Positions 36,985-48,199 of a stretch of 64,000 bases of DNA are shown piece by piece. Both the position numbers and the translations under genes were made by a program. Location: assembly GCA_013239625.1 (NCBI GenBank), contig MU054323.1, positions 8,173,220 through 8,237,219 on the forward strand, given 5' to 3'. The DNA is from Lama guanicoe. Lineage: Eukaryota. The notes beneath the pieces are model-generated. The model saw only the letters and a list, made by a program, of their open reading frames with translations. It made no database searches and was not told where the DNA came from. Position 1 is the first letter of the stretch. Every line of letters starts with the position of its first letter.

Positions 36985-37428
36985 AATTGCAATTCTTGTT
37001 CACGAGGACACCATGTTCAGCTTAAAACACTCAGCTTTCCGGTCCTCCTTGTAGCTATGCGTGACCGTGTGATGTTGTTCTGGCCAATGAAGTCATGGCC
37101 AAAGTTGCTGGGTGGCGCTCCCAAGAAAGTTTGTTAAAGAGTAGACTTCATCTGTGCCTTTGAATGTCCATTTTGTCTTTATCCCCTCTCCCATCCCTTT
37201 TTCTTCCTGCCTGGAATGAAGATGAGATGCCTATAAGCACAGAAAACATCTTGTGATTCTGAGGACAGCAGGCCCATTAAAGATGGGAAATTAGGAGGCT
37301 TGAAGGAGCCAGGGCCCTTGGTTACTTCCTGGAGCCATTACCTCAGCTCTGGACTTCCTGAATCCAGGATTTTTTTTTTTTAAACAGGGACACTCTTACA
37401 CATAACCAAATGCAATCCTAACTGATAC
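36985..37428 (+). mobile_element. MaLR LTR (MLT1I/J-like)
   Basis: TTCTGGCCAATGA...CTTCCTGCCTGGAATGAAGATG...AATGCAATCCTAACTGATACA. Confidence 0.7.
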
Positions 37429-37440
37429 AGAAGGTCAGAA

Positions 37441-37790
37441 CAGTTGTTCTCAGATTTTGCAACACTTTAGAATCACCCGGGGAGCTTTGAAAAAGCCCAC
37501 CAACCAGGGCACATCCAACACCATTACATCAGATCTCTGCAGCTGGGCTGAAGCAGCTGTAGGTCTTAAAAACTCCCCAGGTAATTCCAGTGTACAGCCA
37601 CATTTGAGGACCAGTGGGTTAGAGCCATACTTCAACTTTAAGGTGCAGAGGAACAATCTGGGGTCTTGTTTAAAAGGCAGATTTGATTCAGTAAGTGGGG
37701 TTAAGGCCCGAGATGCTGCATTTCCAGCAAGCTCCCTGGCAATGTTGATGCTGCTGGTATGTGAGTCACACTGGAGTAACACGGGGTTAG
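37441..37790. mobile_element. Two adjacent MER5-like hAT-Charlie MITEs
   Basis: CAGTTGTTCTCA...TTAGAATCACCCGGGGAGCTTT...TTTGAGGACCAGTG, then a second copy with TTGTTTAAAAGGCAGAT...TGCATTTCCAGCAAGCTCCC. Confidence 0.7.
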
Positions 37791-38914
37791 AACATCGAGT
37801 AGGTCTTCAGACTTTGCTAAGAACAATCACCATGACCATCACCACCACCACCTTCTTCTTTCCTTCTCCTTCACCTTTTCTTTCTTTTATTTCCTCCTCT
37901 TCTTCCTTCACTGCTATCACTTCCACCTCAATTGATAGAGCAGCCACCCCATGGCCAGGCACCAGGCTCAGAGATTCACATGTCCCATCTTTAACCCTGC
38001 TGACAGCTCTGGGGAGTAACAAATCTTCTGAGCCCGAAGATAATTCAGATTTTCCTGAGTCTCTCTGATGAAGCCTTGGAGTTTATGAGTCCCTAGGCAT
38101 CTATTTGCATGGCTTATTTGCATAAAGGCGCTCTGCTTTTTGTTTTTTGTACTGGAGCTCAAGGAGGAAGGAAAATGCTGGAAGGGGCCCTGGAGAGAGG
38201 GCGGAGGAGGAGGATACAAGGACAGTGTGGGGGACAGGGAGTGTCTGCTCCTTGATCTGTCTGACTGATCTGATCTGTTGACTCTGTCTGACCTCTCTGG
38301 ATAGGAATGCATTTCCCCCCATTTCTGAGCTGAACACAATTAAGCTCTTGTGTCTTGAGGGGCAAGAGAACCTTCTGTCCCTCTGGTTCCCTGAAGGATT
38401 TTGTTTGTTTAGCTCTAGGAACCATGGAAAGACAGTTGAGGCAGACATCTTTTGGAACATCTTTTGGTACCCTCTACCATCTCTGAGCAGCCTGCCCACC
38501 CCTAGTGGTTGGCCTCTGGAGATATGTTTGTTTATGTGACTCTGCTTCTTCTTGGTTGTGGTTGACTGGACAAGGCTGGTCACCTAACTCCGGGGCAGCT
38601 GGATCCCTGGTTTGGTTCAGCCAATCAGCATCTCCTGAGAAGGGGAAAGTGAGAAACAAGATGCTTGTGGCTAGTTAGTCAGAGTGAAGCCCGAAGGCCA
38701 CATGGAGGCCAGGGAAGCAATCTTTGACCCATGGGCACAGAAGCATAAAAATCTGATTTGCAGAAAGAGAAGGTGCACAGAGAGAAGCAGAGATGAGAGA
38801 TGAGGCAGCCATAGAGGGAAAAGGAGAAAGTAGCTACCTCAATTCCTGACCACTTTCCAGCTGCATCCTGGCCCTCAGGAGGCCTGCTTCACTTCTATCA
38901 TGGGTTCTGCACTG

Positions 38915-39457
38915 CTCATGGTGGACAAACTCTAGTGCCCTCCTCCTCCCTTGATCTGCACCTCTCCACCATTTCAAATAAGCCACACACCCCTTTAGTG
39001 GGGATGGGGACTTCTAAGCAATAGAATTTGGCAGCAGTGATGGGATGTCATTTCCTATTACAAAATGTTACATTGCCAGCATACTGGCTCAAGGGACTCC
39101 TACTGTCTTTGAAGAAGCAAGTGGCCATGTTGGGAGGCCCATGTGACAAAGTGCACGGGTCATGCTCTGGAAACTTGAGGGCAGCCTCCAGCTGATAGCC
39201 AGTGAGAAGCCAGGACTCTAAGTTCTATAGACACAAGGAAATGAATTCTGCCAACAACTGGAGTGAGCTTGTAAGTGGATCCCTCCCCTGTCAAACATCC
39301 TCCAGATGAGAATACAGCTTTGTGAGACCCTAAGATGAGGACTAACTAAGTGCTGACCAGACTCCTAACCCACAGAAACTGTGAGATTATAAATATATGT
39401 CATCTAAAGCTAGTACATCAGTAGTGACTTATTATACAACAATGGAAAATTAATATA
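38915..39457 (+). mobile_element. MaLR LTR (older MLT1 type)
   Basis: GAAGAAGCAAGTGGCCATGTTGGGAGGCC, AAGGAAATGAATTCTGCCAACAAC, CCCACAGAAACTGTGAGAT, ending AAAATTAATATA. Confidence 0.8.
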
Positions 39458-39554
39458 CTGCTGTTCTTCATGAGTTGCCTTTTATGTGGGTAAGTTCCTA
39501 TTACTTAGAACCTGAAGACCCTGGGCTAAGAAAAGAGCACCCAGCCTGGCCCTG

Positions 39555-40400
39555 AATTTGCCATTTCTTTCTTATAGTTTCTACTTCTCTGCTGAGAATT
39601 CTTATCTTTTCACTCATTAGGAGCATATTTTGTTTTACATCATTGGGTGTGGTTATAATAACTGTTTGAAGATACTTATCAGCTAATTCCAACATCTGGG
39701 TCATGTCAGAGACGGTCCCCATTCTTGAAAATGTATCATTTTACTGCTTTGAAAATTTTTGTATGTTGAATAATTTTGGATTGTATCTTAGACATTATAA
39801 ATGCTTTATGTGGAAACTCTGGATTCTGTTATATTTTTCCAAAGAGTACTGAGTATTTTTTATTCTAGTGGGCAATTGGTTGGACTTAAACTGCAAACCC
39901 TGTCACACAGTGACCTTGTTAAAATGCAGTGAGAGCTCAAATTTCCAGTTAGGTTCTTTTACCCTTACCTGAAGTGTTTTGAGTCTGTCCTGGTATATAT
40001 AGTTTAGAGGTTAAAATGAGATTTGTGCATAGTTTATACACGAAACTTGGCCCCCTCCCTTTGCCTTTTTTTCATGGACTTTCCCTTCTTTTTACTTTTC
40101 AGGGGGAAAGTACTAAAACTCTCTAATTCTTCAAGTCAGAAAGAGTTTAGAGTTTTTATCAGTCCCATGATGCTACTCACTAAAGCCCACATTCAGGCCA
40201 AAAAAAGTCAAAAACTAAAGTGGGCTTTTTTTTTTTCTTTTCCTAGTACCATTTCCTTTTTTCATGTGTCAGCTCTCTGCCCCTGGAAGCTTTCTCCTGC
40301 CATGAGGTAGTTGATTTTTATACCTATGTTTCAGAGTTTACAGTTGCTATCTGTGGAAGTGACAGTACGACAGAAGCCTACTCAGCTATTCTCTGCAGGG
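39555..40400 (-). mobile_element. Old L1 5'-region fragment
   Basis: T-rich plus strand, with CTAATTCCAACATCTGGGTCAT and ACTCTGGATTCTGTTAT typical of reverse L1M 5' sequence. Boundaries approximate. Confidence 0.6.
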
Positions 40401-40864
40401 GAATCTGTGATGTCATTTGAGTTTACTGGATACTAAGACTGAGGACAGATCGGATACAAAAATATTGTTATGCCCTTTTTACAAATGAGAACACTGAACC
40501 CTCATAGGTCCATCTAGCTTAAGCCTCCTCCACTCCATTCTATCCAAATTCACTTGGGTGGGGTAGGAATAAGATGCTGTCCACCATGTGGAGATGGGGT
40601 AGCGGGTTGGGTGGAGCTGGCAGGAAAGGAAGGCAGGTGAGATGCTAAACCATACAAGCCTAAATGTACAAGTCCTCTGGGGCCACGGAGTTGTCATGAT
40701 GAGTTTAAAGCCTTGCGCGTGGTCCGTTTGAAGGCTTCTCAAGATTTCTTTGCTTCTTTCTTTTAGAGAATTCTAGGATCCCAGATGTACTAAGGGTTTA
40801 TAAGGATACTGAAGAGCCAACTTGAGCTGAGGGTACAGCTTCCCAGACAAAATCGGAGGCAAAA

Positions 40865-41010
40865 AGTGTCACAAGACCTCAGAGATGACCTCTCTCAACC
40901 TCTTCATTTTAAAGATGAGGAAACAGGCCCAGAAAAGTGAAATGATTTGGCCAAGATTTCTCAGCCATTTAGTGATGACGTTAGTTCCAGTGTTGAAATC
41001 TCTTAACTTC
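40865..41010 (-). mobile_element. MIR SINE
   Basis: CATTTTAAAGATGAGGAAACAGGCCCAGA core. Confidence 0.7.
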
Positions 41011-41318
41011 TTCAAAACAAGCATAACTCCTTCATACCCAGATACAGTTCTCGCTCTCTCTGGCCTGCCCACAGTACTACCAAGAAATACCAACACCAGT
41101 GACCCCGTGGCATGGAGGAGAGGGCATCAATCTATTGGAGCAGTAGTTCTCAACCATTTTTTAAAAAACTACAGTCTTTAAGAAGCAAAACACCCATAAA
41201 TATTCAAGGAAACCCCAATTAACACCATCGCACCAATGCACTGATGTTGATGGATTCCCAGTGTGGCATTTGCTCTGTGGTGCTGCCCCAACCCCACTTG
41301 GTCCCCCACAACACCCAC

Positions 41319-41460
41319 CGTAGATGCGGAAGGCGTACTCGATCTTCAGGCTGGGGCAGGCCTGCTCGCTGAACACAGATGCCATGCCCAGCACATCCTC
41401 AAAGGAGAAAACATCGTTGTGGGAGAACACTCTGCAGATTCGGTCTCTGAAAGGGTTCAC
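41319..41460 (-). CDS. CIB4: CIB4 internal exon; upstream exons lie outside the window
   Basis: Acceptor gcacccacag|. 142 nt: [47 protein letters not shown](D), with CIB-family NPFxxRICxVFS and KxxYAFRIYD motifs. Donor G|GTGGGT. Confidence 0.96.
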
Positions 41461-42037
41461 CTGTGGGTGCGGAGGAGGAGACAGAGGAAGGAGGCTTATC
41501 AATGTCAGGTTCACGCCTCCCTGGGCCTCGCTCATCTGTCAGAAGCACAGTGTCCTGGGTTTGAGAAGAAAGCAAGAGCAACAACCTAAATATTGGAGCA
41601 GATGTTGGGTCAAAGAGCCAGGACTATGGACATGATGGAGAGTGCCCGGGACAAGGGCCCCGGTTAGCATCACTCTCCCCACTGTCACTTCCTCCTGCAC
41701 GTACCTTCTAAGGGCTGATTTTTTTTTGTTTGTGCTATTCTTTTTTATGCTTATTAATTTGGTACATAAAACTCCCCCGAAGTATAAAGAATGGGATAAA
41801 AATTCTTTATAATCCACTCTCCAGAGCTAGCCACTGTCAACATATGGATGTAGAAGTCAAACAGACTTGGGTATAAGTCCTGGCTTCACTATTTCCTAGT
41901 GAGTGATCTTAGTTTAGGCAAATTTTACATAATCTTCAGAGTCTAAGACTTCTCATTGACAAGATAGGGTGGGATAATACTATATTGACCCAACAGGTTT
42001 GTTGTGAGCATTAAACAGGATAGGTTTAAAGTTGCAC

Positions 42038-42130
42038 AGTATGATTGAAACATTATGCTGTACACCAGACATTAATACATTGTAACTGACTATACCTCAG
42101 TAACAAAATAAAAATTAAAAAGTTTTAAAA
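42038..42130 (+). mobile_element. Short L1 3' terminus (cetartiodactyl/camelid type) inserted in a MIR
   Basis: GTATGATTGAAACATTATGCTGTACACCAGACATTAATACATTGTAACTGACTATAC plus an A-rich tail. MIR sequence on both sides (about 41850-42037 and 42130-42160). Confidence 0.72.
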
Positions 42131-43170
42131 ACACTCAACAAATGGTAGCCATCAGTTGTTATATAACTACAGATATTACCATTTGCACAGCAATTTTCAT
42201 TTTTTCTCGATACAAATTACAGTTATATTTAGCATAACTGATAAATTAGGTATAAAAGGCAATTTTCATTTTTAAACCAACAAGTTCTCAAATTTGAGTC
42301 CCAAATAAGTAAAGGTCACGTGATTTTAGAAACCTTGATCCCCCTAAACTGGGCCTGGCAGGGGTCACTCATGAGAGGGCCTTTCTGACGCTGGCGCCAC
42401 CAGGCTCCGAGCAAACACGCCAGCCACTTGTCAACCAGCTCAGAGGCAGCTCACCGAGGCTGCCTTCCTCCTCTCCCTCCAGCTCCCAGGAATGGGCAGG
42501 CTGTGAGCTGGAGGGGATGGGCAGATCTAAGGGGAATTTAAGGCATAGAACAAGCTTAGAATTCTTTAAAAGCAGCAGGTTCATCTTTGGCACCCTCCTC
42601 CTCCTGCTTTCTCTGTCTCTAATCCACCCACACCTACTGGGACTCCTTGGCCCACAGCTGCTCAGCGGCCCAGCCTATGCCTGTTCTAAACTCACCCTGC
42701 CTGCTGGAGGCCTTGCCTGATCCCATCTTTGCTCCAGTGTTCCAAAATGAGCCCGGATCCTTCCCTCCTCACCAACCAAAAGTCCACTTCCTTAGACGCA
42801 TCTCAGCTGAGAAAGTTATTGGATTCTGTGAATTCACACAGCAGTTCCTCAATCTTTCTAATTTTTAATTAGTTGAAAGAAATCTTAGTTGATTTTTCTA
42901 GTCCCCTTTCACTGACAAAGTCTATCTTTGAGGTTCCAGGCTTCATGCAAAAGGATTATTTCCTTAGCAAACACGGCCCCATCACCTCTGTCACGAACAT
43001 TTGAACCCCAGTCGCATCCTCTCTAGGCCTCTGATCTTGCCTCACAGTCCTCAGGGCTTCCCCAGTACCAGCCAATGCTTCGCTCTCTGGTCTTGATGTC
43101 TCCGTTTTGGGGCCATGAAAATTTCTCTTTCATTTTGTTTGAACTCAGCTGCATTTAAAACTCTATGGTT

Positions 43171-43342
43171 GCGGGAGAGTATAGCTCAGAGGTAGAGTGT
43201 GTGCTTAGCATGCCTGAGGTCCTGAGTTCAATCCCCAGTACCTCCACTGAATAAATAAACAAACAGAAAAAAAAGTTAAAAAATAAAAATAAACAAATAA
43301 GCGTAGTTACCTCCCCTGCAATCAATTAATCAATCAATCAAA
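43171..43342 (+). mobile_element. tRNA-Ala-derived SINE (camelid Vic-1 type)
   Basis: Head closely resembles tRNA-Ala(AGC). A box TAGCTCAGAGG at 43182, B box GTTCAATCC at 43226, A-rich body with TAGTTACCTCCCC. Flanked by direct repeat TCTATGGTT (43162-43170 and 43343-43351). Confidence 0.88.
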
Positions 43343-43503
43343 TCTATGGTTTAATTTATTGTTCTATGTATTTAAGGTGGGACGGAGGACATTCCGAATC
43401 ACCTCACATAACCATGTAAGTTATCTGAGGTCCTTGTCAGAAACACGGATTGTAACTCCCACTCTCAGAGATCCTGTTTTAGAAGGTCTAGGGTGTAGCC
43501 CAG

Positions 43504-43967
43504 CATTGTGGGCTGAATTGCATCTCCTCCAAATTTATATGTTGAAGTACTAACCCCCAGGACCGCAGAATGTGACCTCATTTGGAAATAGGGTAATTGT
43601 AGATGTGATTAGTGAAGATGAGGGCATCATGAAGTGGAGTGAGCCCCATGTCAGTATGACTGATGTCCTTATCAAAGGGGAAATGTGGACCCAGAGACAC
43701 ACGCTCAGGGAGAACACCACGTGAAGATGAAGGCAGAGATCGGGGTGAAACATCTACAAGCCAGGGAACGCCACAGATTGTCAGCAAACCACCAGAATCT
43801 AGGTGAGGCACGGAAAAGGTTCTTCCTCACAGCCCTCAGAGGGAACCCACCCTGCAGACACCCTGATCTCAGGCTTCCAGCCTCCAGAACTAGGAGACAG
43901 AACATTTCTGCTGTTTCATCTACAGAGTTGTGGTACTTGGTTACAACAGCCTTAGCAAGTCAATACA
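43504..43967 (+). mobile_element. MaLR LTR (MLT1B/C-like) nested in a MER5-like element
   Basis: TGTGGGCTGAATTG...AGAATGTGACCTCATTTGGAAATAGGGT...GTTACAACAGCCTTAGCAAGTCAATACA. The flanks (about 43395-43503 and 43973-44005) are the two halves of a MER5-like sequence. Confidence 0.85.
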
Positions 43968-44194
43968 CTTAGGAATCTGCATTGCAAATAAGATTCTCAG
44001 GTGACAGGGTTAATCTCATCTACACACTTCTGTATGTTTCAGGAGTGGCCCGGGTCCAGGAGAATCCCAGCTGCCCTGCTAGGACCTCCAAACTAGCTCC
44101 CGTTTCCTTCATCCTTCCACCTCCACACCCCCTGGAAAGGCTTGGTTTGCTCGCCTCCGAATGAATCCTGATAAGAGCTGTCTACCGTGCTGTG

Positions 44195-46000
44195 TTCCAG
44201 GTCACGTGCACTAGCTAAGTGGCTTTACAGATTACTTTGCCAAATTTTAACTAAATTAAACTCTCACAAATGGATAGGCGGCTTAACAAGATTCCTGCAA
44301 GGAAACCACAACTGAAGATAATGCTTACAATGCAAATGCAAGTGAACAAGAAAATGTCAGGGCAGACACCTCTCGTGCTTAAAATGCGAATCCTTCTCTA
44401 TGAGGCAGAAACAACGAGAATCCAATCAGACATAATGAGGAGTCCCAGCTCCAGTTCTCTTTTCCTGCACTCAGACAGGTGCAAGGCAGATCAGCAACTC
44501 ACTGCCTAAGCATCCATCCAACCAGAGAATGAGATACCCATCTTCCCTTCCTGAGGGGCTGCCCCCACTACTTGGTTTTGCTGGGAGTGATGGAGGAGAG
44601 GGGAATGATTACCGGGAAGTCAATTCACTCCCCATTAGACCTGTGTCACGTGACTGTTATTCACCTACACACACACACACACCCCTTTTGTTTTACAGAG
44701 ATTGAGAAGGGGGCTGTTGGTGTGGTACTTGCTTGTAGCAAGAACAGGACACGAACACAACATGGTGACCACAGACTCTGCTGGAAGATGCAGAGACAAC
44801 CTTGCTGAAGGTGCACACAAATATGCATCAGAACAAATTTCACACTGTGGGAAATTTGCTACATAGTTGAAGAAAAGTACAGCTGCTTCTAATGTGGTTT
44901 TCCCCAGATTCGGTTTCAATAAAGAAATATATGAAGAACCACAAGTTTTGTGAGCCACTAAAGGAAACAGGTGATGTGGACCAAACAGTACATTACCCCC
45001 TTAATAAAGACACCATTTATGGGAAAATTTGTCTGAGTGCAATCACTCATGGAGTGGCTGCTTCCTGATGATAAAGGATTCTGGGTAAGGGTGCAGGAAT
45101 GGTGATGCATGTGAATCTATTCCCTGCAGAATTTCCTGCTGGCTACTCTGGTCAAGAATTTACATCCAGAAGTACATGAAGAGCTGCAGGATGCATTGGT
45201 GTGGTTATTTTTTTTTAAGAGTTCAAAATACAGTAAAACTTATAAAGTGATTTGGAATCAGAAGGAAAGTGACTATGAAAGTCTTTTGAAACACATAGGG
45301 GTTTGCTAGTTATCTCTTGGCAGAGCACTTAAAATAGCCATCAAATTTAAAGAGGATTTGTTCTTGTACAAAAAGACAAGCATTCCAAATTTGCTGAACA
45401 TGATGATGACAAGTGACTGTTGGCAGTTGGCGACCTCACAGACATCCACCAAAAGACTCCAATTCTTCTGACTCTTCAAGGTAAAGTTTTAACAAGGAGT
45501 GAGAAAGCACTTGTTTTTCCGAAGAAACTCTTGTTTTAGAGAGAATGTTTTGAAAATGAGGTTTTTGTGGTTGAGAACACATGGTGTCACCTTTAAAGCT
45601 GCTAATATCTGCATCCGTGGAAATATTAGAAACAGATATTTCTAATCTCTTTGAAAACGATCCAAATGAAATTGGATTTTGGGTCCATTTGTTAAAAATA
45701 TAAAAATGCAGTAATGTTTTCCAATTAGCTTGTAAGAGCCACTGACTGACATAAGGGAAGACAGCTCTTTTAATTTCAATTAAGAGCCTTTAACTGGTGA
45801 ATGGGATTGAAAATGAGCGTCACAATTTAATAAAGGCAATGATTCATCTCTTCTCTATGGAGCAACTATGACAGCCATTAAACACAAACTCAACTAGAAC
45901 CAGACCTCTAAATGGCTCTATCTCAAAGGGTTAAAGCAAGATTTCAAAGAGTAATGAAGCACATCCAGTTCTACGACTTTCCCTGACACTGTCGCTATTA
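44195..46000 (+). mobile_element. hAT-Charlie transposase fossil (Charlie7-like), with stops, frameshifts and an interruption
   Basis: MDRRLNKIPARKP at 44270 (cf. MDKWLKK), VC*LSLGRALK at 45301 (cf. VRWLSRGKVL), KFAEHDDDK*LLAVGDLTDI at about 45387-45446 (cf. W-LxxLxYLxDI). Confidence 0.75.
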
Positions 46001-47149
46001 ATTATAAGCAAAGAATGAAATTGTGAGAGGGAGGAGGAAATTTTCTTATATAAAATAAAGGAGAATTTATTTTTAAAAAATGGAATGTAATTTTTGACTT
46101 AATCTTTTCTTTTGCATGTGTATGTATTAGTAAAGGTCTAGGGTTTATAAGTGAATGTGTGTATATGATGGGTGTGTGCTCCAGATTTTGTTATTTCTGT
46201 GGATGCATGACCGACAGAGTCCAGAGATCTCTGATCCAGACTAACCCCCTCATCACAGGTGTGGCAATGAGACCCTGAGTGGAGGAGAGAGACTTGCCCA
46301 AGGTCATTCAGCCAGTGAGCAGGAGAGCCAGCCCAGGGCCCGGGTCCTCTGAGTCTGTGGCACTGCTCCTGCTGTAGTGCCTGGTCCCACACAAATACCC
46401 GAAGACAAAGGTGGTGATGAGGTCAAGAGTATGACGTTAAAAGCTTTTTTTGACATGAAGTGCAAAAACGGAGTCCAGATTAAAGTAAAAAAGTGGCCCA
46501 GGGCCCATGAGAGTTCTGTGTCCAGCGGGTAGTGATGTAGGGCCAAAGTGATGTAGGGATGTAGTGACTTAGGGACATAGTGATATGAGTGTCTATATGA
46601 GTGTGAGAAGTACCAGAGGGTGACGGGGGCAGGAGGAGGAAGAAGCCCAGAAGGGAAGGGGAAGGCAGCACGGGGCCGTCAGGCTTGGGAATGTTGGAGG
46701 AACCAGAGTGAGGAGCAGGGCAGGCGTTGGCCGCAGGGCTAGGGTCGGGTCACCATAGCCCTGTCGGGCGCTGGAGGGCAGGGCAGGGGCTACAGTTCTC
46801 TGTGAGGCCTGGCGGGCACCAGCCAGGAGAGTGACCTGAGCCTGTCTGTTTCAACGATGGCAGCTCCCCTCTAGCCCAGGTCCCCTGCCCGTCGCTTCCC
46901 AGAAGGAGATCCCAGGGCACAGACTTCCACTATAAAGAGGTGTCCTTGGCACACATAGCTCCGTGCAGAGGGACACTGATGGTGCTGTAGGGAGAGCTTT
47001 TAAGGGCCCAGGGGAGGCTGCCTCCATGCCTCTCCCATCTCTCCACCCTGAGCCATGTGCCAGCTCAGCCAGTGTCCTCTGGTCCCGCCCAGCCACCAAC
47101 AGACAGAAGAACAGCTGGGAAGAGGCAGGAGAGCACAGTTTCAGTTTAC

Positions 47150-47900
47150 TGTTTTCTGGATTTTTGTTGCTACTACTTTAGCGATCTGAAATCTGAACCA
47201 ATAAAACTTGGGACCTATCCAGAGATTTACAGTCTGCATAAAATTTCACACTCATTTAGAAGTCTTCAATCCTCCAGAGGAGGAAGAAGAAGGCAATTGG
47301 CAAAGCAATGCTTCCGTTTCCAGAATAACATTCACCCTAGTGTGAAGATGTTCCCAACAAGGGCACATAAACACATCAGTACAGAAATTTACACAGGTAA
47401 CCATAGTGCAATGTCCATCGAGGCATGACAAAACTAAAGCAGGTGAAAATAAACTCCTAATGCTGGGGATTTTTTTGGAAGCAGAAACTACAGTTTGTTG
47501 ACAATAAAAAGATTGCTGTCCCTGCCAAAAACTACGTTTTTTGAAAAAGATCTTCTCAAAGTTATTGAACAAGAGATTTGATTTGAAGATGAAAGTCAGA
47601 GGGAAAATATTTGGACTTAGCTTAAAAAGTATCTCCTCACCCTTTCTCCAACTAGTGCATAGTCAAAAAGAGCCTTTTACAGTTGCTGGGGGAAAAAAAA
47701 TCACACCAAAATATGCTAGTGACTCAATAATGACATCATTGATGCAGTTTGATTTTTAGGATCTCATTTTTTCAAAAAAGATCAAACAGTGTTATTTCAT
47801 TTAATATTTCTCATTGCTAATTAAACTTTCTTAATTTTTTGTGGTTTTTTTTTGAATAATGCTTTATTTTTGCTCATTTTGCCTGCTACCAACTCTTTAT
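47150..47900 (+). mobile_element. Probable second hAT transposase remnant (C-terminal dimerisation motif)
   Basis: AT-rich. LLSLPKTT (47513-47536), then after a frameshift FSKL (47553-47564)...IFGLSLKSI, resembling LLxxPxTxAxxERSFSKL...RLxGLALLSI. Confidence 0.5.
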
Positions 47901-48199
47901 AAAATGATATGACAAGTGTTCATATTTTTAAATTTTTAAACAGTTGTAAAGCATCTGTCAAGGAGGGGAGTGGATGGAGGTGTCTGTACACAAGAGGCCA
48001 GCCCCCCCCCCACCAAGGTCTTGAGCGGAGCCCTTAGTTTACTGGAGCAGACTCTCGCTCGGAGAGCACTGCCTGCAAGGCCCCTCACAGTTGTGCAAGT
48101 TTGGGTGAGCAGACCCCGTGTCCTGGGAGAAGGGTGTAACAGAATCTTCTGTGTTTTAGTGCCTTTAAAAACTTCCCTCAGATATACCATATTTTTGGA

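Noticed and set aside
37457..38068. 203-aa ORF
   Set aside because: It runs through MER5-like elements and a low-complexity tract.
43173..43246. Functional tRNA-Ala(AGC) gene
   Set aside because: It has stem-disrupting substitutions, a SINE A-rich tail, a TSD and no immediate oligo-T terminator.
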